Positions 1 to 10,702 are shown, counted from the stretch's first letter. The stretch is DNA of 64,000 bases from Tagaea sp. (GCA_965279525.1 CBDIIB010000005.1:576001-640000), one strand, 5' to 3'. A program made the numbers and translations. The notes: generated by a model not told the origin, from the sequence alone.

Positions 1-344
1 TCCATCGCGGTGCCGGCGAACGCGTCGATCTCGCTGACGGTGACGTGGGCCGCCCCGGCCTTGGCCGCGGCGATGCCGGCGATCCCGCAGCCGGCGGCAA
101 AATCGAGCACGCGCTTTCCCCGGGCAAGCGCCGGCCGGTCGAGCAGCAGGCGCGCCAGTGCCCGCCCGCCCGGCCACGCGAAGGCCCAGTAGGGCGGCGG
201 CAGGCCGGTCGCTTCGAGCTTCGCTTCGGTCGCCTCCCACAGGTCGGTCGCGCGCGCGGCCAGATGCAGCACGATCTCGGGCACCAGCGGCGGGGCCTGG
301 AGACGCGTCTGGGTGCGGATGAAGGCAGCGCGGTCGAGGCTCAC
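1..344 (-). CDS. Class I SAM-dependent methyltransferase (Methyltransf_16-like), runs off the window
   Basis: Manual translation MSLDRAAFIRTQTRL...PPPYWAFAWPGG...VLDFAAGCG; GTG start overlaps the ubiA stop (GTGA). Confidence 0.85.
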   Translation of the reverse strand, partial: MSLDRAAFIRTQTRLQAPPLVPEIVLHLAARATDLWEATEAKLEATGLPPPYWAFAWPGGRALARLLLDRPALARGKRVLDFAAGCGIAGIAAAKAGAAHVTVSEIDAFAGTAM

Positions 345-1258
345 AAGCCGCCGAACCCGATCCCGGCAAGGACGAACCAGCCGACGATTCGGTTCGACTT
401 GAACTTGACGAGGCAGTCGGCCGGATCGTCGATGCGCCCCTCGCGGATCTGCCAGACGAGCTGGGCCGCCGCGACGACGAGGGCGGCGGTATAGGCCATG
501 CCCAGCCCGGCGACCGAACCGACCATCGCCAGCACGGCGATGGTGGCGCCGTAGAAGAAATAGAGGGCCGGCACGGTCTTCGTGCCCAGGCGCAGCGCCG
601 AGGATTTCACGCCGATCAGCGCGTCGTCCTCCTTGTCCTGGTGCGCATAGATCGTGTCGTAGCCCAGCGTCCAGAAGATGCCGGCGAGATAGAGCAGCAG
701 CGGCGCCTCGTCGAGGCCGCCCTTCACCGCCGCATAGCCCATCAGCGCGCCCCAGTTGAAGGCAAGCCCGAGGAAGAACTGCGGCCACCACGTGATGCGC
801 TTCATCAGCGGATAGGTGAAGACGAGCAGCAGCGACAGCACGCCAAGCCCGATGGAGAAGAGGTTGAGCTGCAGCAGGATGACGAGACCGACGAACAGTT
901 GCGCGACGAGCCAGAGAACCGCCGCGCGCACGCTGACCTGTCCCGACGGGATCGGCCGGTCTGCCGTGCGCGCCACCGCAGCATCGAACTCGCGGTCGAC
1001 CAGATCGTTGTAGGTGCAGCCCGCCCCGCGCATCACCAGAGCTCCCAACCCGAACAGGACGAAGAGCCACAGCGCTTCGCCCGGCGCAGGCCGCGCAAGC
1101 AGGATCGACCACCAGCACGGGAACAGCAGCAGCCACGTGCCGATCGGCCGGTCGAGGCGCGAAAGCCGCGCATAGGGGCGCCACGCAGCCGGCAGAAACC
1201 GGTCGACCCAGCCGTTCCGGGGAATGTCGCTTGCCGCAGTTTGCGCCGTATCGGTCAT
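341..1258 (-). CDS. ubiA: 4-hydroxybenzoate octaprenyltransferase
   Basis: RLDRPIGTWLL, NDLVDREFD, YDTIYAHQDKEDD motifs; multi-TM. Confidence 0.95.
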   Translation of the reverse strand: MTDTAQTAASDIPRNGWVDRFLPAAWRPYARLSRLDRPIGTWLLLFPCWWSILLARPAPGEALWLFVLFGLGALVMRGAGCTYNDLVDREFDAAVARTADRPIPSGQVSVRAAVLWLVAQLFVGLVILLQLNLFSIGLGVLSLLLVFTYPLMKRITWWPQFFLGLAFNWGALMGYAAVKGGLDEAPLLLYLAGIFWTLGYDTIYAHQDKEDDALIGVKSSALRLGTKTVPALYFFYGATIAVLAMVGSVAGLGMAYTAALVVAAAQLVWQIREGRIDDPADCLVKFKSNRIVGWFVLAGIGFGGL

Positions 1259-1274
1259 GTGCTAGCACGATCCC

Positions 1275-2057
1275 ATGTCCGTGCCGCCCGCGTCCAGCAC
1301 CCCGCCCCGGCCCCGCGCGCGCCTCTACGCGCCGGCGGATCTATCGGCCGCGAGCGTGCGGCTTGAAGGCGGGCCGGCGCACTACCTGCGCAACGTGCTG
1401 CGCCTGCCGACCGGCAGCCTCGTGGCACTGTTCAACGCGCGCGACGGCGAGCATGGCGCCGAGATCCTCGAATACGGCAAGCACAGCGTCGATTTCGCGC
1501 TGCGCGGCCTGCGGCGCGCGCCGGCACCCGAGCCCGACCTGTGGCTCGTGTTCGCGCCCATCAAGCGGGCACATCTCGATTTCGTCGCCGAGAAGGCGAC
1601 CGAGCTTGGCGTCTCCGCGCTGTGGCCCGTCATCACGCGCCACACGAACGTCGAGCGCGTCAACGAAGAGCGGTTGCTTGCCACGGCCATCGAGGCATCC
1701 GAGCAGAGCGAGCGGCTGAGCGTGCCGGAGATCCGCAGTTGCGTGCCGCTCGCAAAGGCGCTGGCCACCTGGCCGGCCGAGCGTGGAATCGTGCTGTGCG
1801 ACGAAGGCGGCGGGGGCAACGCCATCGCCGCGGTGCTCGCGAAAGAAGACCTTACGAAACCATGGGCCATTCTGACCGGCCCCGAGGGTGGTTTCGCCGC
1901 AGAAGAACTTGATATGCTGCGCAAACATTCCAATGTTAGACCGGTGGGACTGGGGCCGCGCGTGCTGCGCGCGGACACCGCATCCATCGCGGCACTCGCG
2001 GTGTTCCAGTCGCTCGCATCCGACGCGGACAAGAAGCCGCGCTTCGCGCCGACCTGA
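1275..2057 (+). CDS. rsmE: 16S rRNA m3U1498 methyltransferase
   Basis: HYLRNVLRL, EKATELGV, GPEGGF, LGPRVLRADTA. Confidence 0.95.
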   Translation: MSVPPASSTPPRPRARLYAPADLSAASVRLEGGPAHYLRNVLRLPTGSLVALFNARDGEHGAEILEYGKHSVDFALRGLRRAPAPEPDLWLVFAPIKRAHLDFVAEKATELGVSALWPVITRHTNVERVNEERLLATAIEASEQSERLSVPEIRSCVPLAKALATWPAERGIVLCDEGGGGNAIAAVLAKEDLTKPWAILTGPEGGFAAEELDMLRKHSNVRPVGLGPRVLRADTASIAALAVFQSLASDADKKPRFAPT

Positions 2058-2079
2058 AACAGAGTCCGGAAGAACCCTC

Positions 2080-3450
2080 ATGTCAGCTCCACCGACCTCC
2101 CGCGGCGAAGTCATCGTCTCGAAAAGCCAGCTGATCGACTGGATCGCGTCGGGCGAGAAGCCGAAGGCCGACTGGCGCATCGGCACCGAGCACGAGAAGT
2201 TCCTTTTCACGCTCGCCGACCACAAGCCGCTGCCCTACGAGGGCCAGAAGGCGAGCGTGCGCGCGATGATCGAGGGGCTGACGCGCTTCGGCTGGAACCC
2301 GGTCGAGGAGAACGGCAAGCCCATCGCGTTGCTGAAGGGCCTGTGTTCGGTCACGCTGGAACCCGGCGGCCAGTTCGAGCTGTCGGGCGCCCCGCTCGAG
2401 AACATCCACCAGACCTGCGACGAGACCAACCAGCACCTGGTCGAGTGCAAGACCGTCGCGGCCGAGATCGGCGTGGGCATGATCGGGCTGGGCTTCGCGC
2501 CCGAATGGCGGCGCGACGAGATCCACTGGATGCCCAAGGGCCGCACCAAGATCATGCGCGAATACATGCCCAAGCGCGGCAAGCTCGGGCTCGACATGAT
2601 GCTGCGCACCTGCACCGTGCAGGTCAATCTCGACTTCGCCAGCGAAGCCGACATGGTGAAGAAGTATCGCGCGTCGCTGGCCCTCCAGCCGGTCGCGACC
2701 GCCGTGTTCGCAAGCTCGCCCTTCCTCGAAGGCAAGCCGTCGGGATTCCTGAGCTACCGCAGCCAGATGTGGACCGACACCGATCCCGACCGCTGCGGCC
2801 TGCTCCCCTTCGTGTTCGAGCCGGGCATGGGTTACGAGCGCTACGTGGACTGGCTGCTCGACGTGCCGATGTATTTCGTCTATCGCGACGGCAAGTACAT
2901 CGACGCCGCGGGCCGCTCGTTCCGCAAGTTCATGGCGGGCGAATACAAGGATCTGGGTGCGGGCGAAGCCACGACCGGCGATTGGGCCGATCACGTGACG
3001 ACCGCGTTTCCCGAAGTGCGCCTCAAGAAGTATCTCGAGATGCGCGGGGCCGACGGCGGTCCGTGGAACCGCCTGTGCGCGCTGCCCGCTTTGTTCGTCG
3101 GCCTGCTCTACGACCAGACGGCGCTCGATGCGGCCCACGACCTCGTCAAGGACTGGACCATCGACGAGATGCAGGCCCTGCGCCGCGACGTGCCGCGCCT
3201 GGCGCTGAAGGCACCGTTCCGCAAGGGCACGGTATTGGACGTGGCACGCGAGATGGTCGCCATCGCCCGCAAGGGGCTTGCCGCACGCGCGAAGTTCAAC
3301 CGCATGGGCGACGGCGACGAGACCCACTTCCTCGAACCGCTGCAGCAGATCGTCGATACCGGCATCACGCCGGCCGAGCGCAAGCTCGCCCGCTTCCACG
3401 AGGCGTGGGGCGGCAAGGTGGACCCGATCTACGACGAGTTCGCGTACTGA
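2080..3450 (+). CDS. gshA: Glutamate--cysteine ligase (plant/alphaproteobacterial type)
   Basis: [37 protein letters not shown]; start trimmed to ATG 2080. Confidence 0.93.
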   Translation: MSAPPTSRGEVIVSKSQLIDWIASGEKPKADWRIGTEHEKFLFTLADHKPLPYEGQKASVRAMIEGLTRFGWNPVEENGKPIALLKGLCSVTLEPGGQFELSGAPLENIHQTCDETNQHLVECKTVAAEIGVGMIGLGFAPEWRRDEIHWMPKGRTKIMREYMPKRGKLGLDMMLRTCTVQVNLDFASEADMVKKYRASLALQPVATAVFASSPFLEGKPSGFLSYRSQMWTDTDPDRCGLLPFVFEPGMGYERYVDWLLDVPMYFVYRDGKYIDAAGRSFRKFMAGEYKDLGAGEATTGDWADHVTTAFPEVRLKKYLEMRGADGGPWNRLCALPALFVGLLYDQTALDAAHDLVKDWTIDEMQALRRDVPRLALKAPFRKGTVLDVAREMVAIARKGLAARAKFNRMGDGDETHFLEPLQQIVDTGITPAERKLARFHEAWGGKVDPIYDEFAY

Positions 3451-3452
3451 CG

Positions 3453-3803
3453 ATGGCCGACGACCTGAAATGTCCGCAGTGCGGCTCGGCGAACGTCTAT
3501 CAGGACGGCAGCCTGTGGACGTGCCCCGACTGCGCGCATGAATGGAACCCGGACGCGGTCGCCGATGCGGGCACGGACGCGCCGCCGGGCGTGCGCGACG
3601 CGCACGGCAATGCGCTTGCCGACGGCGACAGCGTGACCGTCATCAAGGACCTCAAGGTCAGGGGATCGTCCTCGGTCGTGAAGGTCGGTACCAAGGTCAA
3701 GGGCATCCAGCTGGTCGAGTCCTCCGACGGGCACAACATCGCGTGCCGGATCGACGGCATCGGCGCAATGAACCTCAAATCCGAGTTCGTGAAGAAGGCC
3801 TAG
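3453..3803 (+). CDS. Zinc-ribbon PhnA/YjdM family protein
   Basis: CPQC...[34 protein letters not shown]. Confidence 0.9.
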   Translation: MADDLKCPQCGSANVYQDGSLWTCPDCAHEWNPDAVADAGTDAPPGVRDAHGNALADGDSVTVIKDLKVRGSSSVVKVGTKVKGIQLVESSDGHNIACRIDGIGAMNLKSEFVKKA

Positions 3804-3862
3804 CGCCACTGGCCCGCGGCGGCCTCGCCCGCCCGGACTTCCGCACTATTTTCCATCCGGCC

Positions 3863-3890
3863 TGTCGAAATCGCGGGAGCCCGCGGCTCA
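3863..3890 (+). promoter_or_regulatory. Candidate ECF42-type promoter
   Basis: TGTCGA -35 hexamer upstream of the YciI/ECF pair; -10 match (GCTC) is weak. Confidence 0.4.
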
Positions 3891-3943
3891 TTGGCATGGA
3901 AGCGGCAAACGGGCCGCTGTCCTTACCCGGGATGGAGTGCGCG

Positions 3944-4306
3944 ATGCATTACATGATCATGTTCCACGAGACGGCCGCCCAGTTCGACGAACGGACCGAC
4001 CCTGAGAAGTCGCCGGCCTACTGGGGTGCCTGGGGCGCCTATGTGAAGGCGCTCAACGAATCCGGCAAGGTCGTCAGCGGTGCGGGCCTGCAGCCGCCCG
4101 AGACGGCGACGACCGTGCGCGTGCGCAAGGGCGAGCGCATCGTGCAGGACGGCCCGTTCGCCGACGCCAAGGAGCAGCTCGCCGGCTTCTTCGTGATCGA
4201 CGTGCCCGATCTGGATGCTGCCCTGGCGTGGGCCGCGCGCAGCCCGGCGGCGGCGGGTGCCGGCGTCGAGGTGCGCCCCGTCCTGCCGCCGCCGCCGATG
4301 GCGTGA
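3944..4306 (+). CDS. YciI/DGPF family protein
   Basis: DGPFADAKEQLAGFFVIDV motif; GGAG SD before ATG 3944. Confidence 0.9.
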   Translation: MHYMIMFHETAAQFDERTDPEKSPAYWGAWGAYVKALNESGKVVSGAGLQPPETATTVRVRKGERIVQDGPFADAKEQLAGFFVIDVPDLDAALAWAARSPAAAGAGVEVRPVLPPPPMA

Positions 4307-5535
4307 GCGACGCACCGGACATCGCGCGCCGCGCGGCCGAAATCGCGGCGCGCGATTCCTACGGCCGGCTGCTGGCCTTCCTGGCCGCACGCGCGCGCAA
4401 CATCGCGGCGTGCGAGGACGCGCTCGCCGACGCGTTCCGGGCGGCACTGGAAACGTGGCCTGCGCGCGGCGTGCCCGACCGGCCGGAGGCCTGGCTGCTG
4501 ACCGCCGCACGGCGCAATCTCCTGCATGGCTACCGGCACGACAAGGTGCGCGACGCGGCCGCACCCACGCTTGCCCTGCTCGGCGGCGAGGAAGGGCACG
4601 ATCCCCTGCAGGTCGACACGATCCCCGACGAACGCCTGAAACTGATGTTCGTGTGCGCGCATCCGGCCATAGACGCAGCCGCACGCACCCCGCTGATGCT
4701 GCAGACCGTGCTGGGGCTGGATGCCGCGCGCATCGCCTCGGCCTTCCTCGTGGCGCCCGCGACGATGGGCCAGCGGCTGGTGCGCGCGAAGGCGAAGATC
4801 CGCGATGCCGGCATCGCCTTCGCGATCCCTGCGGCCGACGAGCTTGCCGGCCGGCTCGATGCCGTGCTCGCCGCGATCTACGCGGCCTATTCGCGCGGGC
4901 TGGACGACCTGCCGGGTGCCGATGCGGACCGTGCCGGTCTTGCCGCCGAAGCTGTCTGGCTGGGCCGCGTGCTGGCAGGGCTGATGCCGGACGAGCCCGA
5001 AGCGCTCGGCCTGCTGGCGCTGATGCTCCATTGCGAAGCCCGGCGTGCCGCCCGGCGCGACGAAGCCGGCGCGTTCGTGCCGCTCGACCGCCAGCCGACG
5101 GCACGCTGGGACCGCGCGATGATGGACGAGGCCGAAACGCTGCTGGCCCGTGCGGCGGCATGCGCGCGCATGGGCCGCTACCAGCTTGAGGCGGCGATCC
5201 AGTCGGTCCACGCCCAGCGCGCGACGACCGGCATCACCGAATGGGCGGCCCTCGACATGCTCTATGCGGCACTTGGCGCGCTTGCACCCAGTGTCGGCGC
5301 CACCGTCAGCCATGCCGCCGTGCGCGCGCGGATCGCAGGTCCGGCGGCCGGCCTTGCCCTGCTCGACGCACTGGCACCCGACCTTGTCGCCGCATATCAG
5401 CCCTACTGGGTCGTGCGCGGCCATCTGCTGGCCGAGGCCGGCGACGGTGCTGCAAGCCGCGACGCCACCACGCGCGCGATCGGCCTTACCGAAGACCCGG
5501 CACTGCGCGCCTTCCTCGTCGCGAAAACGTTCTAG
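4303..5535 (+). CDS. ECF RNA polymerase sigma factor with C-terminal extension (ECF42-like)
   Basis: AEIAARDSYGRLLAFL, GVPDRPEAWL, DERLKLMFVCAHP, QRLVRAKAKI; coupled to DGPF gene. Confidence 0.88.
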   Translation: MSDAPDIARRAAEIAARDSYGRLLAFLAARARNIAACEDALADAFRAALETWPARGVPDRPEAWLLTAARRNLLHGYRHDKVRDAAAPTLALLGGEEGHDPLQVDTIPDERLKLMFVCAHPAIDAAARTPLMLQTVLGLDAARIASAFLVAPATMGQRLVRAKAKIRDAGIAFAIPAADELAGRLDAVLAAIYAAYSRGLDDLPGADADRAGLAAEAVWLGRVLAGLMPDEPEALGLLALMLHCEARRAARRDEAGAFVPLDRQPTARWDRAMMDEAETLLARAAACARMGRYQLEAAIQSVHAQRATTGITEWAALDMLYAALGALAPSVGATVSHAAVRARIAGPAAGLALLDALAPDLVAAYQPYWVVRGHLLAEAGDGAASRDATTRAIGLTEDPALRAFLVAKTF

Positions 5536-6659
5536 AGCGACTCTTCCAGCAGCATCTGCGCCGACGCCACGTCGAGCTTGCGCGGGTTGGTCGCCGCCGT
5601 GTGGTCAGCGAGGATATGCGGGATGAGGCCGGCGAAGCGCGAACGGTCCACACCCATCGCCGCAAGGCCGGTCGCGATCCCCAGCCGCGCATTGAGGTCG
5701 GCGATGAACGCGTCGAGCTTCGTGTCGGCCGCAAGGCCGAGGGCCACGCGCAGGCGCGCATACTTGTCGCCCGTCGCTGGCTCGTTGAAGCGCAGCACCG
5801 CCGGCATCACGACCGCGTTGAGCGTGCCGTGGTGCAGGTTGAGGTCCTTCAGGCTGCCCAGCGGATGCGAGAGCGCATGTACGGCGCCGAGCCCCTTCTG
5901 GAAAGCCATGGCGCCCTGCATGGCGCCCATCATCATGTGCCAGCGCGCCTCGCGGTCCTGCCCGTCCTTCGTCGCGCGCTCGATGTGCTTCACGACACGC
6001 ACCGCGCCATCCAGCGCGATCGCCTCGGCCGGCGGATTGATCGCGGGTGCCAGGAACGTCTCGATGCAGTGGGCAAGCGCGTCCATGCCGGTCGCGGCCG
6101 TGAGCCCCTTGGGCAGGCCGAGCGTGAGTTCGGGATCGCATACCGCGACACGCGGAATCAGGAACGGCGACACGATGCCAAGCTTGCGCCCGTCGGCGAA
6201 GACGAGGATTGCCCCGCGCCCGACTTCCGAGCCCGTCCCCGCCGTCGTCGGGATCGCGATGCTGGGGGCTATGTGCGCGCCGATGCGCGGCACGCCGCCT
6301 TCGATGGCCGCATAGCGCACGAGCGGTCCTTCGTGCGTGGCGCCAAGGGCCACGACCTTGGCAAGATCCATCGACGAGCCGCCGCCAAGCCCGATGCAGC
6401 TGTCCGCCTTCACGGCCTTGTAATGCGCGATGGCCGCCAGTGCCGCTTCCTCGGTCGGGTTGGCCGGCGTGCCGTCGAAGATGCCGGCCGGCTCCAGCCC
6501 GAGCTTCGCCAGCACGCGCGCGAGCAGGCCCGCCGCGACCACGCCCTTGTCGGTGACGATCAGCGGGCGCTTCGCCCCGATCAGCGCCAGCTCGGCCGCC
6601 AGCGTATCGAGGGCGCCGAAGTCGAACTGGATGCGGGTCAGATACTGGATCAGCGCCAT
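5532..6659 (-). CDS. Iron-containing alcohol dehydrogenase (4-hydroxybutyrate dehydrogenase-like)
   Basis: GGGSSMD, PTTAGTGSE, DALAHCIE, HALSH, HHGTLN. Confidence 0.92.
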   Translation of the reverse strand: MALIQYLTRIQFDFGALDTLAAELALIGAKRPLIVTDKGVVAAGLLARVLAKLGLEPAGIFDGTPANPTEEAALAAIAHYKAVKADSCIGLGGGSSMDLAKVVALGATHEGPLVRYAAIEGGVPRIGAHIAPSIAIPTTAGTGSEVGRGAILVFADGRKLGIVSPFLIPRVAVCDPELTLGLPKGLTAATGMDALAHCIETFLAPAINPPAEAIALDGAVRVVKHIERATKDGQDREARWHMMMGAMQGAMAFQKGLGAVHALSHPLGSLKDLNLHHGTLNAVVMPAVLRFNEPATGDKYARLRVALGLAADTKLDAFIADLNARLGIATGLAAMGVDRSRFAGLIPHILADHTAATNPRKLDVASAQMLLEESL

Positions 6660-6662
6660 GGT

Positions 6663-7265
6663 TCAGGCTCCGTAAACGAGGAACGCGAATGTCGTCTTGC
6701 CGTAGCTGCGGCTGTCGACCTTGGCGAAGCCGGCCGGCACCTCGAACGCCTCGTCCAGCGCAAGTTCGACGACACACACCGCGCCGGCCGCAAGCCAGCC
6801 GCGCGCGGCAAGGTCGGCAAGGGCCGCAGGCGCCAGGCCCGACCGGTACGGCGGATCGAGGAAGGCAAGACTGGCCGGCGCCCACGGGGCCGGCGGGGCG
6901 GCGGGCAGCTTCGTGGCGTCGGCGACGACGAAGCGCGCGCGCGGGCCGGCCGCGACGAGCTTGATGTTCGCCTCGATGGCGCGGCGTGCGGCGGGTGCGC
7001 GGTCGATGAACGCACATGTCGCGGCGTTGCGCGACAGGGCTTCGAGCCCCAGGGCGCCGGTGCCGGCGAACACGTCGAGCACGTGCGCGTCCTGCATCAT
7101 CGACACGCCGCCAGGGGCGAACTGGCCGTGGCCGAGGATGTCGAACAGCGCCTTGCGCTGGCGTTCGCCTGTCGGGCGGATCGCGTCGCCCTCGGGTACT
7201 GCGAGCTTTCGCCCACGCCACTGGCCCGCGACGATCCGGATGCTGCCTGCGTTCCTGTCGGCCAT
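6663..7265 (-). CDS. rsmD: 16S rRNA m2G966 methyltransferase
   Basis: IRIVAGQWRGRKL, IRPT, DVFAGTGALGLEALSR, DPPY. Confidence 0.93.
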   Translation of the reverse strand: MADRNAGSIRIVAGQWRGRKLAVPEGDAIRPTGERQRKALFDILGHGQFAPGGVSMMQDAHVLDVFAGTGALGLEALSRNAATCAFIDRAPAARRAIEANIKLVAAGPRARFVVADATKLPAAPPAPWAPASLAFLDPPYRSGLAPAALADLAARGWLAAGAVCVVELALDEAFEVPAGFAKVDSRSYGKTTFAFLVYGA

Positions 7266-7714
7266 CAGGCAGTCCGCCGCGGGGCGACGAGATCGGCGAC
7301 CAGCACCTGAACGACGTCGCCAGCGCTGTCGAACGTCGTGAAGCGCACCTTGACCATGCCGCGGTCGGGGCGCGATTTCGACGGGCGCACTTCGAGGATC
7401 TCGCTTTCCAGCCGGATCGTCTCGCCCGGGCGCAGCGCCTTGGGCCAGCTGATCGTCCCGCCCGCCCCGATCACGCCGCCGCCGACCGGCACGCCGGAAT
7501 CGACGATCAGGCGCATGGTGAGTGCCGCCGTGTGCCAGCCGCTGGCGGCAAGGCCGCCGAAGAACGTCGCCTTCGCCGCTTCCTCGTCGAGATGGAAGGG
7601 CTGCGGATCGTACTTCGCGGCGAATTCCTTGATCGCTGCGGCATCCACCGTCAGGGCACCGCCCTTGATCACGTCGCCGACCTTGAAATCGTCGAGATAC
7701 ATCGGCGGTCTCAT
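7265..7714 (-). CDS. MaoC family dehydratase
   Basis: YDPQPFHLDEEAAK, GLAASGWHT. Confidence 0.9.
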   Translation of the reverse strand: MRPPMYLDDFKVGDVIKGGALTVDAAAIKEFAAKYDPQPFHLDEEAAKATFFGGLAASGWHTAALTMRLIVDSGVPVGGGVIGAGGTISWPKALRPGETIRLESEILEVRPSKSRPDRGMVKVRFTTFDSAGDVVQVLVADLVAPRRTA

Positions 7715-8481
7715 GCGTTGGGCTTGCCCTTCTTCTGCGGCGGCCCTGCAAGGGCACCCAGCGTCTTGCGCAGTTCGCCCGGGCCCACTTCCTCGATGCC
7801 GCCGCGCGGCAGCCGTTCGAGGCCGAAGACGCCGTAGTCGGTGCGCATCAGCCGGTTGACCTGCAGGCCGAGCTGCTCGCACACGCGGCGCACTTCCCGG
7901 TTCTTGCCTTCGCTCAGCGCGAAGATGAGCCAGGCGTTCTTGCCCTCGGTCTTGCCGTCGATGCGCGCGTCGATCGAGCCGTACTGGATGCCGTCGATGG
8001 AAATGCCGTTCTTGAGCCGATCGAGCCGGTCCGGGTCGGGCGTGCCGTAGACGCGCACGCGATAGCGCCGCACGAGGCCGGAGGCCGGCAGCTCGAGATA
8101 ACGCTTGATCGCCCCGTCGTTGGTGAGAAGCAGCAAGCCCTCGGAGTTGAAGTCGAGCCTTCCGACCGGCATCAGGCGCGGCAGGTGTGCGGGCATGCCG
8201 TCATAGATCGTGCGGCGCCCCTGCGGGTCGCGCGTGGCGACGAGCACTTCGCGCGGCTTGTGGAAGCGGAACAGGCGCGGGCGCTCGCTGGCCGGCAGCT
8301 TCTTGCCGTCGACGACGATCTCGTCGCCCGGCTTCACGTTGTGCGCGGCCCGGCGCAGCTTCTCGCCATTGACGACGACGCGGCCCTGCTCGATCAGCAC
8401 CTCGGCCTCGCGGCGAGAGCACAATCCGGCGCGCGCGATCACCTTGGCGACGCGTTCGCCGCCGCTCGGCTCGTCGGTCAC
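7711..8481 (-). CDS. rluB: rRNA pseudouridine synthase (RluB-like, S4 domain)
   Basis: ERVAKVIARAGLCSRREAE, VGRLDFNSEGLLLLTNDG, EGKNREVRR. Confidence 0.88.
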   Translation of the reverse strand: MTDEPSGGERVAKVIARAGLCSRREAEVLIEQGRVVVNGEKLRRAAHNVKPGDEIVVDGKKLPASERPRLFRFHKPREVLVATRDPQGRRTIYDGMPAHLPRLMPVGRLDFNSEGLLLLTNDGAIKRYLELPASGLVRRYRVRVYGTPDPDRLDRLKNGISIDGIQYGSIDARIDGKTEGKNAWLIFALSEGKNREVRRVCEQLGLQVNRLMRTDYGVFGLERLPRGGIEEVGPGELRKTLGALAGPPQKKGKPNA

Positions 8482-9191
8482 TTCGCGCACGCCTTGATGA
8501 AGGCGACGAAAATGGCGCCGTCGCCCGGATCGATCGAATATTCCGGATGCCACTCGACGCCGAGGCAGAAGCGCTTGCCCGTGTGCTCGATCCCCTCGAT
8601 CACGCCGTCGGGTGCGCGCGCGTTGACGACCACGCCCGGCCCCACGTCCTTGACCGCCTGATGGTGCGCGGAATTGACGTTCATGTGCGCCTTGCCGACC
8701 ACGCGATGCAGCAGCGTGCCGGGCACGACATCGACCGCATGGCCCGCTTCGGTGCGCGGGTTGGGCTGCTCGTGCGCGAGACCGTTGGGGAACACGTCGG
8801 GCACGTGCTGGTGCAGCGTGCCGCCGAGCACGACGTTGAGCAGCTGCTCGCCGCCGCAGATCCCGAGGATCGGCATGTCGCGCAGAATCGCACCCTTGAC
8901 CATCGCGTATTCGAACGCGGTGCGCCGGTCCTTGGTCTTGACCGTCGCGTGCTTGGTGCCGTCGCCGAACAAGGCGGGGTCCACGTCGAAGGCGCCGCCG
9001 GTCACGAGCAGACCGTCCAGCCCGTCGAGATAGGCGCCGGCCAGTTCCGGCTCGTGCGGCAGCGGCAACGGCAGGCCGCCCACGTCGGCGACCGCACCGC
9101 AGTAGTTCTGGCGCAGCGCATACCACGGCATCTTGGACCAGCCGCCGGCGGGTTCGGAGTCGAGGGTGATGCCAATTCGGGGGCGATTCAT
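8478..9191 (-). CDS. Gamma-glutamyl-gamma-aminobutyrate hydrolase family (peptidase C26)
   Basis: LGICGGEQ nucleophile elbow, VNSAHHQAV, EWHPE. Confidence 0.9.
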   Translation of the reverse strand: MNRPRIGITLDSEPAGGWSKMPWYALRQNYCGAVADVGGLPLPLPHEPELAGAYLDGLDGLLVTGGAFDVDPALFGDGTKHATVKTKDRRTAFEYAMVKGAILRDMPILGICGGEQLLNVVLGGTLHQHVPDVFPNGLAHEQPNPRTEAGHAVDVVPGTLLHRVVGKAHMNVNSAHHQAVKDVGPGVVVNARAPDGVIEGIEHTGKRFCLGVEWHPEYSIDPGDGAIFVAFIKACAK

Positions 9192-9236
9192 GCGTCCCTC
9201 TTATCACGGCGGCGATTCCGGCGTAAACGCTTGGGC

Positions 9237-9686
9237 ATGACGGAAGGTTTCATGGATCGGGCATTGGCCGAGGCGCGCGCGGCCGCCGAGGCGGGCGAAG
9301 TGCCCGTGGGGGCTGTTCTCGTCGACGGGGCAAGCGGGGAAATCGTCGCGGCAGCACACAACCGAGTCGAGCGCGACCACGACCCGACGGCCCATGCCGA
9401 GATGCTGGCGATCCGGGCGGCCGCCCGCCGGCTGGGGGCCAAGCGGCTGGAAGGGCTCGACATGTATGTCACGCTCGAGCCCTGCCCGATGTGCGCGCAG
9501 GCCATCGCCTTCGCCCGCCTGCGCCGGCTCTATTGGGCCGCGTCCGATCCCAAGGCGGGCGGCGTGGAAAGCGGCCCGCGCATCTTCGCGCAACCCGGGT
9601 GCAACCACAGCCCCGAGCTTTACGGCGGAATCGGCGAAGCGGCGGCCGCCGGGATGCTGCGCGATTTCTTCAAGGCGCGCCGTTAG
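9237..9686 (+). CDS. tadA: tRNA adenosine deaminase
   Basis: GEVPVGAV, PTAHAE, TLEPCPMC. Confidence 0.9.
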   Translation: MTEGFMDRALAEARAAAEAGEVPVGAVLVDGASGEIVAAAHNRVERDHDPTAHAEMLAIRAAARRLGAKRLEGLDMYVTLEPCPMCAQAIAFARLRRLYWAASDPKAGGVESGPRIFAQPGCNHSPELYGGIGEAAAAGMLRDFFKARR

Positions 9687-10702
9687 GCCGAAACGAACTT
9701 CCACACGCCGTCCGCATCGCGCAAGCGCCGTGCCTGGCCGCGGCTTTCGATCAGGTGCAGGTGGGCGAGCGCTTCGCCGGTGGCGAGGCCCACATTGTGC
9801 GGGCCGATCTCGCGCCGGAACAGCAGCTTGAAGCAGTCGACGGCGCTGAGGCCTTCGGGGCGCTCGACCATCGCGGCGAGCAGCACGTCAAGGCGTTCTT
9901 CGTGGTGCGCGCGGATCGCCGCAATGCGGCCGTGCACGCCGCGATACGGGAAGCCGTGCGCCGGAAGCACCAGCGTGTCATCGGGCAGATGCGCGAAGCC
10001 GTCGAGGCACGCAAGATAGTCGTGCAGCGGATTGGCCATCGGCTCGGCCGGCCACACGCCGATATTGGGCGTGATGCGCGGCAGCAGGATGTCGCCGCCG
10101 ATCAGCACGCCGCGGGCCTTCGACCACAGGCACGCATGCTCGGGGCAGTGGCCGCGCCCGATGATCGGCTGCCAGTCCTCGTTGCCGACGCGCAGATCCA
10201 TGCGCGCATGGATGCGCCGGTAATGGGCGGGCAGTTCGGGCACGCCGCGCCGGTAGATGTTGTCGGGGCTGGCGAAGGGGCCGATCGCGTCGGGGCCGAT
10301 GCCGTTGGCGGTGTAGAACGCGACCTTGTGCGCGATGTCGGCGGGCGCGCCCTGCGCGTGGATGGCGCGCGCGGTGTAGTATTCGCCAAGCGTCGTCCAC
10401 AGCTCCACGCCGAAGCGTTCGCACAGCCACGCGGCGAGGCCCATGTGGTCGGGATGGAAATGCGTGCAGATGACGCGGCTGATCGTGTCGTCGCCGATCG
10501 CCGACAGCCAGTGCGCCTTGGTGTCCTCGCGCGAAAGCCCGGTATCCACGATGGCCGTGCCGGCGGCACCGTCGTCGAGCAGCCACAGGTTTATGTGGTC
10601 GGGCGGGAACGGCAGCGGCATGCGCACCCAGCGCAGGCCCGGCTGGATTTCCAGCGTGCCGCCCGGCTGGGGCGGCGTCTCGTGCGCGTAGGCGACGCTC
10701 AT
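9683..10702 (-). CDS. MBL-fold metallo-hydrolase
   Basis: THFHPDHMG, GHCPEH, LPAHG. Confidence 0.92.
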   Translation of the reverse strand: MSVAYAHETPPQPGGTLEIQPGLRWVRMPLPFPPDHINLWLLDDGAAGTAIVDTGLSREDTKAHWLSAIGDDTISRVICTHFHPDHMGLAAWLCERFGVELWTTLGEYYTARAIHAQGAPADIAHKVAFYTANGIGPDAIGPFASPDNIYRRGVPELPAHYRRIHARMDLRVGNEDWQPIIGRGHCPEHACLWSKARGVLIGGDILLPRITPNIGVWPAEPMANPLHDYLACLDGFAHLPDDTLVLPAHGFPYRGVHGRIAAIRAHHEERLDVLLAAMVERPEGLSAVDCFKLLFRREIGPHNVGLATGEALAHLHLIESRGQARRLRDADGVWKFVSA

